The notes under the pieces were generated by a model, which ran no database searches, was not told the DNA's origin, and was given only the letters and a program-made list of their open reading frames with translations. 64,000 nt of DNA from an uncultured Gammaproteobacteria bacterium. GTDB taxonomy: Bacteria; Patescibacteriota; Patescibacteriia; CAIXNZ01. Numbering within the stretch: position 1 is the first letter of the stretch; each line of letters starts with the position of its first letter. Both the position numbers and the translations under genes were made by a program. The stretch spans positions 9,945-73,944 of the forward strand of contig CAZPVP010000002.1 in the NCBI GenBank assembly GCA_964590345.1, read 5' to 3'. Below are positions 46,632 through 54,987 of the stretch, in pieces.

Positions 46632-46706
46632 AGTCAAATTATTTATCCACAAAAAAACATCCCCTATAGAAATGTTTTTTTACATAAAAAATATTTTATA
46701 AATTCC

Positions 46707-47600
46707 TTATTTATTTTCTTTCAATTTATCTAAAAATTTTATCACATCCAAATCTGGATAAACACTTAAACGCTTTAATTCAAACAAATCCTCTGGATCC
46801 TGCCAAGCATCCTGATCAAAAGTCAATCCGGCTTTATAACCGACTGCTTTGGCTAAAGCTTTAATTTCCTCGTTATATAAGCCAAATGGATAACAAATAA
46901 CTTCTGTTTCCCTGGCCAATAATTCTTTTAAATCGTCGCGGCTTTTTTCTAATTCGTACAAACGTTCATCAGCCGGCACTTGAGTCAATTTAGGATGCCA
47001 GACAGTATGGGAGCCGATTTCAACCAAACCGCTTTTATCCAATTCCACTACCTGCTCTTTGCTTAAATAATTTGGCCCGCCTACGCCAGTCATAATATAA
47101 ACTGATGATTTAACTTTGTATTTCTGCAAAATCGGCCAGGCATTAGTATAAAAATTCTCATTGCCGTCATCAAAAGTAATGGCTATAATATTATTTTTTG
47201 GCAAAACGCCTTGCGATAAATAATCAACTATCTCACTGACAAAAACCGGCTCATAATTATTGTTAATTATTTCTTGGATAATTTGTTCAAAATTGGCTGG
47301 CTCAATATAATAACTTTGAGTAATTTTACTCGCCGTAGCCGGTGCCTGATCAATATGATGGAAATTTAAAATCGGCACAAAAACTTTTTCGTCAGCTTTA
47401 ATCTCTACCAAATCAATTTTTTGCTGTTTCTTGTTTTCCTCTAAAAAATCGCCTTTATATTCGCCTGGCGCGGACCTTAAACTAACCACAAATAAATCAG
47501 CTAGAATAACAATAACGACAACTAAAATAACAATTATTGCGTCAAACAAATGATGGTGCTTTTCTTCGAGTTTTTTCTTTATCTGCTCTAAATCAGGCAT
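46707..47600 (-). CDS. polysaccharide deacetylase (NodB/CE4 family) with N-terminal TM anchor
   Basis: IAITFDDGNENFYTNAWPIL ... GSHTVWHP NodB motifs. Confidence 0.75.
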   Translation of the reverse strand: MPDLEQIKKKLEEKHHHLFDAIIVILVVVIVILADLFVVSLRSAPGEYKGDFLEENKKQQKIDLVEIKADEKVFVPILNFHHIDQAPATASKITQSYYIEPANFEQIIQEIINNNYEPVFVSEIVDYLSQGVLPKNNIIAITFDDGNENFYTNAWPILQKYKVKSSVYIMTGVGGPNYLSKEQVVELDKSGLVEIGSHTVWHPKLTQVPADERLYELEKSRDDLKELLARETEVICYPFGLYNEEIKALAKAVGYKAGLTFDQDAWQDPEDLFELKRLSVYPDLDVIKFLDKLKENK

Positions 47601-47712
47601 ACATTTTTAATTTAATTTTAATCTTTTATTATTTGCCTCTATCTTAGCACTAAGCTTTAAATTTGACAATAAAAAAACTCGTTTTATTTAACGAGTAATT
47701 TTTTAATTATTT

Positions 47713-49872
47713 TTAACTTAAAGGTAAAATAATTTTAAAACTAGTTCCTTTGCCTAATTCGCTTTTTACTCCTATTTTGCCGCCGTGAACATGAACAATC
47801 CATTTGCAAATAGCTAAACCTAAACCAGTCCCCTTTTCTTTAACTTGATATTCAATTCTATAAAAGCGAGAAAAAATATAGGGCAGATCTTTTCGCGCAA
47901 TGCCAATACCTTGATCAGCAACCAGCAAGCAAATGGTATCATTTTTTTTATACAATTCAATCTTAATCTCTTTACCTACGGGCGTATATTTTAAGGCGTT
48001 GCTTATTAAATTAAATAAAAGCCCCTGAAGCTTTTCTTTATCTCCCATAAAATAAATGCCCTTTTCAATCTTTAATTGCATTTTTATCTCTTTATCTTCA
48101 GCTAAAATCGCTGAATCTTCAGCCATTTCTTTAACTAAGTCGCTAAAATCAAAATATTCTTTATTAATTTTTATCTGACCGACATCGGCCTTTGACAAAA
48201 AAATTAAATCTTTAATTAAATTTGAAAGTCGATCAACTGATCTCTCCAATCTTACAAAAACTTTTTTGCTTTCTTGTTCATCAAGCTTTTTATTGTTAAT
48301 TAAGCTTAAATTGCCTTTTAAAACAGCTAATGGCGTTTGCAATTCATGAGAAATATCAGCCATAAAACGAGACTGGTTTTTATTTAATTCCCTTAATTCC
48401 TTGGTTCTCTGGTTAATTTTTTCTTCCATACTAAAAAGGGATTTCTTTAAATCATTATAAAGAAAGATATTTTCAAAAATCAAATTCAATGTGTCAATTA
48501 AATTTTCAAAAAGCTGCAGGTCCTGCGGATATAAATCTTCTTGGGAAAGTTTATGACCGAAAAAGAAAAAAGCTGTTAATTGCCCGTTACAATAGACTGG
48601 CAAAATCAAATTAACGCCTGATTTTTCAAATAGCTTCTGCCGTTGCAACAATTCTTTATCCTTTAAAATATCTTGCAAAACTGGCTGTTTATCCCTGATT
48701 AATATAATATGGTTATATTGATTAAAATATTCATAAATTTTTGTCGGGCATTTAACTTTCTTGAAAAAATCAACCAATTTCCGACTAAAATTATGATTTT
48801 TAACTAAAAAGGGGTTTTTATCTTTCTGTAAAATGACCAATAAAATTTTATTTATTTTCAACTTATTCTCAATAATTGAACTGAAATAATCGAAAAAATT
48901 ATCAAAATCAATCTGCCTGCTGCATTTTTCATTAATTTCTTTCAGCACTTTATTGGAATCATAAGGATAACGATAAAAAAATTTATCTGTTTTTTTCTGA
49001 AAATATAATTTAAATCTGGGATAAATCGCAATAATCAACACAGCGGAAATTATTGAACTGAAAGTCGGCGCCAAATCAAATAAAGCAAATACTTGATCAA
49101 AAACAAAAATCAGGGAAAGATAAATCACCAAAAACAAACCAAAAGTCATAGCGTACAGAATCGTTTTTTGAATAAAGAGCCTGATGTCCATCAAGCGATG
49201 GCGGACAATGGCATAAGTGGTGAAAGCAACAAAAATCACGCTAAAAAATGGGGAAAGTTTTGCTAAAAACGAATTGTTGAATAAAAAAGGAAGTGGCAAA
49301 CTAAAAGAGAGAGAAAAAAATAATAACAAAAACAAACCCAATAAAAAATATCTAATCTGCATTTTTTCAACTCCTCTGACTTTTCTATACTTACTAAAAA
49401 TCTTAACTATTGTAGCCATGCCCATTAAAATAAAAAAAAGCGAACCGTAAATAAAAAAAGGCCCGAAAATATATTCTTCTACACCAAATTCTCCCACAAT
49501 TATATCATAAAGAATAAATTTTTTATACAGATCACTTAGACAAAAAATGCTAAAAATCAAAGTTAATATAAAAGGAATAATTATTTTAAACTTTATTCTT
49601 ATTTGATCTTTGAATGGAAAAAACAAAGAAAAAATAAATAACAAATAAAGTGCTAAAGCCGCCATAATCCATGAGATTTGCGACCAAAATAATGCTTGAT
49701 TGCTATCTTTAGCATGATCAACGATAAAATTCGCTACAATCCAAACTAAAACTGAAAATATAAAAATAATGAAAATTTTATTAGCTACCGATTTTCTATT
49801 TTTAACCAATATCAAAACCGCTAAAGCAAAGTTAATACCGAATGTTATGGTCAAAATAATTAAATCCAGCAT
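47713..49872 (-). CDS. sensor histidine kinase with large multi-TM N-terminal domain
   Basis: About 8 TM helices at the N-terminus, then HisKA (ADISHELQTPLAVLKGNL) and HATPase_c (GTGLGLAICKWIV). Confidence 0.85.
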   Translation of the reverse strand: MLDLIILTITFGINFALAVLILVKNRKSVANKIFIIFIFSVLVWIVANFIVDHAKDSNQALFWSQISWIMAALALYLLFIFSLFFPFKDQIRIKFKIIIPFILTLIFSIFCLSDLYKKFILYDIIVGEFGVEEYIFGPFFIYGSLFFILMGMATIVKIFSKYRKVRGVEKMQIRYFLLGLFLLLFFSLSFSLPLPFLFNNSFLAKLSPFFSVIFVAFTTYAIVRHRLMDIRLFIQKTILYAMTFGLFLVIYLSLIFVFDQVFALFDLAPTFSSIISAVLIIAIYPRFKLYFQKKTDKFFYRYPYDSNKVLKEINEKCSRQIDFDNFFDYFSSIIENKLKINKILLVILQKDKNPFLVKNHNFSRKLVDFFKKVKCPTKIYEYFNQYNHIILIRDKQPVLQDILKDKELLQRQKLFEKSGVNLILPVYCNGQLTAFFFFGHKLSQEDLYPQDLQLFENLIDTLNLIFENIFLYNDLKKSLFSMEEKINQRTKELRELNKNQSRFMADISHELQTPLAVLKGNLSLINNKKLDEQESKKVFVRLERSVDRLSNLIKDLIFLSKADVGQIKINKEYFDFSDLVKEMAEDSAILAEDKEIKMQLKIEKGIYFMGDKEKLQGLLFNLISNALKYTPVGKEIKIELYKKNDTICLLVADQGIGIARKDLPYIFSRFYRIEYQVKEKGTGLGLAICKWIVHVHGGKIGVKSELGKGTSFKIILPLS

Positions 49873-49933
49873 AAAAAATAAGAAAATGGTCGGTTAAGTT
49901 TAGACTCCCCCGACCATTAAATTATGGCAAAAA

Positions 49934-50599
49934 TTAGCCATTTTGTAAATTTTCATCCTTAAAGCTTCCGACCAAGTTGTTTGGATTAACAACATAATCA
50001 AAAACTTGAGGATTATTTTCTTTGAGATGACTTACCATCATCTTAAATGAAACGACGCAAGGCAAAACCCAGCTGCCAAAATAAAATCGCGGAATGCCGA
50101 AAGGTTCTATCCAGAAGCAGTGTTTATGGGCTTCCAGAAAAAACCTAAAATCAATCGTAAAGTACATATAGCCAAGACTGTTACGCAGACATACATGGTA
50201 AACGATTTTACCAATATCCACAGTAAAGTTTGACTGTTTCTCTCTGAATTTTTTAAGAGCCGCTACTTGGGAAATTTCCACTTCATGATTTTGAACTTCC
50301 TGGCATTGATGGCTCTCAAAAAATTCCGTTTCTGGCCGCTTTTCACCGAATTTACTGAAAAGCGGCAGTGGCAAAGGATATGAGCGAATCAAGCGCATGC
50401 CAGCCATCACTTCCTGCGAAGCTTTATCAAATATTAAAAAAAGCATTGACTGGCTATCATACTCATCCTCGACCCTGCCTTGCGGATATTTTACCGACTC
50501 AAACCACTTCAGTTCCTGACAGTAAACCTGGTAAATCAGCTCCTGATAAGCTTTAAGCTCTTCAGGATTTCCCACTGCCTTAATTATCCGGTCAAACAT
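49934..50599 (-). CDS. GNAT-fold N-acyl synthase of the LuxI/FeeM (autoinducer-synthase-like) family, tentative
   Basis: Pattern ...GMRLIRSYPLPLPLFSKF...EISQVAALKKFR resembles the core of N-acyl amino acid/AHL synthases. 221 aa. Confidence 0.4.
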   Translation of the reverse strand: MFDRIIKAVGNPEELKAYQELIYQVYCQELKWFESVKYPQGRVEDEYDSQSMLFLIFDKASQEVMAGMRLIRSYPLPLPLFSKFGEKRPETEFFESHQCQEVQNHEVEISQVAALKKFREKQSNFTVDIGKIVYHVCLRNSLGYMYFTIDFRFFLEAHKHCFWIEPFGIPRFYFGSWVLPCVVSFKMMVSHLKENNPQVFDYVVNPNNLVGSFKDENLQNG

Positions 50600-50616
50600 T
50601 TTTCTACTCCTTTAGT

Positions 50617-51567
50617 CTAAGAGCTTTTTTCCTGCTGAAAAAAACAAAGTTTTTCCCCAAAGCAACCTTGCCGAATCTCTTGGAAAAGCGGATGGTTTTG
50701 CCAAAGATCCTGCAAATTCTGCCAAGGCGCTTTTTCCTTTGGCTCAAAAATATTACCTGCCTTTTTCTGGTAAAAAAAATTGCAGGCAAAAACCGTACCA
50801 TCAGAGCCAATATAAGCAATTTTCCGGCCACAGTCGCAGGGCGCATAGCGGACGTCTTTCAGGTCGTAAATTTCTGGATACTCCAGATGCGAAAAGCACC
50901 AAAGTTCCAGATAAGGCTTATCTGGCCCAATCATTTGAACAACTTCCAGAATCTGCTCCACTAGCTCTAAACGCAATGGAACCAATTCAGAAGTTGCCCT
51001 TCCCCCTAAAATCAATGCCTGAATTTCCAGGCCAGCCACGCCGATCCGGCTGACAAAATCGTAAATTTCAGGCAGTTCCCGAACATTGAGCCTGATCGGC
51101 ACAACTTCGGGAATTACGGTTAAAGCCGTAGCATTGGCCGCATAAATCAAATTGGCAATTACTTGATTCAAAAGCTCGGGTCTGCTTTGCCGGATTTGCC
51201 CGTAAACTTCTGGCTTGAGCGTATCAAAAGTCACGTGCAAGACGTCCAAACCGACCGCTACCAGCGCATCCAGCACCTTTGGATCAGCCAATTCCAGATT
51301 AGTATTAATCTGAACTTGAGCGCCAGAATCTTTAGCATGCTTAATGCAGTCAATCAGAGTTTCCCAGCAAACAAGAGGATCACCGCCTGTAAAAGAAACT
51401 TTTTGCGGCAAAAAAGCTTCAATTATAGACTTAATCGCTTCGCCAGAAAGTTCCTTGGTTTTCCAACCGTCATTATTGATGCAGTAAACGCAGCGGACAT
51501 TACATGCGGTTGTCAGTTGGAATTCAATCTTTTGCAATGTTTGCATTTTCAACCTCCTTTTTGGCAA
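50617..51567 (-). CDS. radical SAM protein with SPASM-type C-terminal Cys cluster
   Basis: CNVRCVYC CX3CX2C motif. C-terminal auxiliary cluster region (YAPCDCGRKIAYIGSDGTVFACNFF). Confidence 0.75.
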   Translation of the reverse strand: MPKRRLKMQTLQKIEFQLTTACNVRCVYCINNDGWKTKELSGEAIKSIIEAFLPQKVSFTGGDPLVCWETLIDCIKHAKDSGAQVQINTNLELADPKVLDALVAVGLDVLHVTFDTLKPEVYGQIRQSRPELLNQVIANLIYAANATALTVIPEVVPIRLNVRELPEIYDFVSRIGVAGLEIQALILGGRATSELVPLRLELVEQILEVVQMIGPDKPYLELWCFSHLEYPEIYDLKDVRYAPCDCGRKIAYIGSDGTVFACNFFYQKKAGNIFEPKEKAPWQNLQDLWQNHPLFQEIRQGCFGEKLCFFQQEKSS

Positions 51568-52268
51568 CAGCCAAAATGTCTACGCCAGCATAAACTGGCC
51601 GAATCTTAATCTGCTGAAAATTAGCTTGAGCCAATAATTCCGCCATTTCTTTTGCTGTATAGAAAAAATCACGACTTGCAGTGCTTTGCATTGAAAGCAA
51701 CAGATTGTAAACAGCCAACAGCGCAAACCAGGGCAGATAAAAACATGTTTTGGCCAGACAGAACCAGTCTCGGCGCCGAAAAATCTGCTTAAAATGCTCC
51801 GGTAAAACAGGCGCCGGATTATTGGTTCGCGGCGTGGCCACCGCCAAAATACCTCCCGGCTTCAAGACGCGGAAAAATTCAGCCAAGGCAAGCTTTGGCT
51901 GGACTAAATTGTAAAGGGCATGGCAACAGCAAACCGCATCAAAACACCCCTCACTAAAAGGCAATTTTTGATTCAAATCAACCTGCTGCCATTTAAAATT
52001 TGAATCCAAATTCTTGGCTCGGGCCTTTTTTAGCATAGTTTCTGAAATATCAATACCAGTGAAAAAAATTCGCCCTTTGTTTTTTGAATCAAAATAGTGG
52101 CAAAGATTGCCTGTGCCGCAGCCAGCATCAAGCACATTTTGGCCAGGTTGCAAATTAAGCGCCAATAAAATTTCTGACATCAGATCCTGAAAAGGCAACA
52201 GAAAAAGCTTGAAGTCAATCAGGTAAGCATAAGGCGCCCAGATGATTTTTTTCAAAAACGTAGCCATA
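51524..52268 (-). CDS. class I SAM-dependent methyltransferase
   Basis: VLDAGCGTGNL motif I. The start is set at MATFLKK, which is preceded by AAAGGAGG. The longer ORF-track N-terminus is read-through. Confidence 0.7.
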
Positions 52269-52330
52269 ATTTTCCTCCTTTTAGCACTTTGTGCCAATTT
52301 GTTTTGCAAATTTGAATTTAAAGAACTTTT

Positions 52331-52362
52331 AAACAAAAAATTACCTTTTAATTAAAAGGTAA
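52331..52362 (-). terminator. terminator of the response-regulator gene
   Basis: 22-bp perfect palindrome TTACCTTTTAATTAAAAGGTAA followed on the minus strand by TTTTTTGTTT. Confidence 0.5.
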
Positions 52363-52433
52363 TATATTACTTATTACAGAAGCCTAAATTTTTAATTAAT
52401 ACTTCTTTAATTAAAAATTAAAAAAATATTAAT

Positions 52434-53105
52434 TTATTCATCAGAAATTTTATAACCACTGCCATGCACAGTTTTAATTAACTTCTTCCTAAAACCATCA
52501 TCTATTTTTCTCCTCAAATAACGCACATGCACATCAACAGTATTAGTAAATGGGTCAACATTCATATCCCAAACATGTTCTAAAATCATGCTCCGTGTTA
52601 AAACAACATTCGGATTTCTCATAAAATATTCTAAAAGATTAAATTCCCTATGCCTTAATTCTATTTTCTTATTTCCCCTTTTTACTTCATGAGTTTTTAA
52701 ATCCATCTCTAAATCAGCAATTTTAAGCTTATTACTAACAAGACTTTTGTTTCTATTCAAAAGAGCCCTAATTCTCGCAATTAATTCCTCAATAGCAAAA
52801 GGTTTAGTTAAATAATCATTAACACCCATATCAAAAGCTTCAACTTTCTTTCTTACTTCATTTTCTACAGTTAAAATAATAATTGGCAAATTTGTTTTTT
52901 GCTCTTTGATTTTTTTAAAAACTTCCAAACCATAAGTATCTGGCAATCTTAAATCCAAAACTACTAAATCATAATCATTAACTAAAGCCAAATAGGATCC
53001 ATCCTTACCATTAGCAGCAATATCTACAGCAAAATGCTCAGCTTGCAACCCTTTTTTAATAAAGCTAGCAATATCTTTTTCATCTTCAATAATTAATATT
53101 CTCAT
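52434..53105 (-). CDS. OmpR-family response regulator
   Basis: Receiver domain (MRILIIEDEKDIA...DLRLPD) and a winged-helix C-terminus (RHREFNLLEYFMRNPN...). Confidence 0.9.
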   Translation of the reverse strand: MRILIIEDEKDIASFIKKGLQAEHFAVDIAANGKDGSYLALVNDYDLVVLDLRLPDTYGLEVFKKIKEQKTNLPIIILTVENEVRKKVEAFDMGVNDYLTKPFAIEELIARIRALLNRNKSLVSNKLKIADLEMDLKTHEVKRGNKKIELRHREFNLLEYFMRNPNVVLTRSMILEHVWDMNVDPFTNTVDVHVRYLRRKIDDGFRKKLIKTVHGSGYKISDE

Positions 53106-53440
53106 AATTTTATTATTTTATTTGTCTCTATTTTAACAACCAATAATAAATTTGGCAATAAAATCATTTTATTTATTTAAATTGTAATTTATTCAAGATT
53201 AAAAACACTTAAAATATAAATTAATTTAAAATTAAATGACTTTTTTTAAATTTTTTTAAAAAACTTATTAACCAGATATCCACAAATTTAAAAAAAATTA
53301 ATAAATATCTTATCCTTTATTAATTTTTAAAGGAATACAATGTGTTTATTAATTAAAAAAATTCTAAATTATAACCAAAATCATTTCCCAAAACAAAAAA
53401 AGCTTAAAATTTTTAAAATCCCAAACAAAGGAGGATATTA

Positions 53441-53620
53441 ATGAATGAGACAAAAAAAATGCAAATTTATTGCGCTTGGTGCGGCAAATTTTTGAAACTA
53501 GTTAAATGTACTGAAAAACAATCCAGCAAAATTTCGCATGGTATTTGCCAGCAATGTTATCAAAAAACAATGGCTGAACTAGAAAAAATAAATCCAATGC
53601 CTGCCAAGAAAAAAAATTAA
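53441..53620 (+). CDS. small Cys-rich zinc-ribbon protein, paralog of 35718-35939
   Basis: 59 aa ORF below the ORF-track cutoff, with a strong RBS AAAGGAGG. It shares the CAWCGKF...CQQCYQK motif with the CARCGKQF...CESCYK protein. Confidence 0.4.
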   Translation: MNETKKMQIYCAWCGKFLKLVKCTEKQSSKISHGICQQCYQKTMAELEKINPMPAKKKN

Positions 53621-53660
53621 ACCGAGCTGGCTACTAACAACAAGCTAGCTCAACTAAACA

Positions 53661-54983
53661 ATGAAATTCTTAAATATTTTTTTACCAAACAAATTTTTAC
53701 AAAATAGTTTTATTTTCGTCAGTGGCAATATTATAGCCGGTTTTATAGGATACTTATTCCATCTTTTAATTTCCAGAAAATTAACAATTGAAAACTATGG
53801 CGAATTACAGGCCTTGATTTCCTTATTAAATATCTTGGCTGTGCCTACCGTGGCTATTAATTTTTTTATCATCAAACATGCCTCTGCTTTTTATGAAAAG
53901 AAAAATTATCTGGCCAATTACAAATTTTACCGCTGGCTAAAGAAAAAAATTCTGATTTTAATTCTATTTTTCTCTCTGTTTTTTCTTATAGCCATGCCTT
54001 TTTTAAAAAATTATCTACATTTAAACGAATACTATAATCTTTTAATCGTGCTTTTAATAATCAATCTCAGCTTACTAGTTGTTGTTCCTAAGGGCATTTT
54101 AAACGGCTGGCAAGATTTTAAAAATCTGACATGGAATAATATCTTGAGTGCAATCATAAAATTATTTTTAGGCGTTTTTTTAGTTTATATCTTTATCACC
54201 ACTGCTTCTGCTTTAACTGGCTTTTTAGCTGGGGCTTTATTCAGCTATTTATTTCTCAGTTATATCCTTAAAAAGAAAAAAAAAGACATAAAAAAAACTG
54301 GCAAGGTGTTAAAAAACACAAAACATATTTTTGACAAACATAAGATTATTAAAGAAATTAAAAAATATATTCTACCTATCCTCTTTTTTAGTTTATTTAT
54401 CGCGCTTTTAACTTCCTTTGACATGCTGATGGTAAAAAATCTGACCAATCCAAAATTAGCCGGTTTTTATGGTGCTTTTAATATTTTAAGCAAGATTATT
54501 TTCTGGGCAAGCTCTTCAGTAGTGCTGGTTGTCTTGCCAATGGCCTGCGCTAAAAATTCAATTAAACAACGATTGAGCCGAAAAACTTTAATTTATGCCA
54601 ACGCTCTAATTATCTTTATTTGTCTAACCGGGTTCACTGCTTATTTCTTCTTTCCTGACTTGATTATCAACCTGCTTTTCGGTGCCAAATATTTACCTCT
54701 GGCTAACAGCCTTTGGGCTTTTGCGCTCATGGCTCTTGCTTTATCTTTATTAAATCTGGAAGCCAATTTGGCCTATGCCAGATATGACTTCAACATTTGC
54801 TACATTCTCCTTGCCACTTTAATTTTGGAAATAATTTTTATTTATTTTTTCAGCCAAAACCTGCTCAAGATCGCTCTGACTATAGCTATCATCCAATTTA
54901 TGGGCTACCTAGCCGCTCTTATTTACAATCGAAAAGCAAGCAAACAATGCCAATTAACAAATCCAACTAAAATAACTGCCTAA
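53661..54983 (+). CDS. Wzx-like polysaccharide/oligosaccharide flippase (MOP superfamily)
   Basis: 440 aa with about 12 TM helices and the N-terminal pattern typical of polysaccharide biosynthesis proteins. Confidence 0.7.
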   Translation: MKFLNIFLPNKFLQNSFIFVSGNIIAGFIGYLFHLLISRKLTIENYGELQALISLLNILAVPTVAINFFIIKHASAFYEKKNYLANYKFYRWLKKKILILILFFSLFFLIAMPFLKNYLHLNEYYNLLIVLLIINLSLLVVVPKGILNGWQDFKNLTWNNILSAIIKLFLGVFLVYIFITTASALTGFLAGALFSYLFLSYILKKKKKDIKKTGKVLKNTKHIFDKHKIIKEIKKYILPILFFSLFIALLTSFDMLMVKNLTNPKLAGFYGAFNILSKIIFWASSSVVLVVLPMACAKNSIKQRLSRKTLIYANALIIFICLTGFTAYFFFPDLIINLLFGAKYLPLANSLWAFALMALALSLLNLEANLAYARYDFNICYILLATLILEIIFIYFFSQNLLKIALTIAIIQFMGYLAALIYNRKASKQCQLTNPTKITA

Positions 54984-54987
54984 AAAT

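Noticed and set aside
50604-51053. Overlapping alternative-frame ORFs (50604-50846, 50668-50964, 50739-51053) inside the radical SAM gene
   Set aside because: This GC-richer gene generates long alternative-frame ORFs. Only the CX3CX2C/SPASM frame has recognisable domains.
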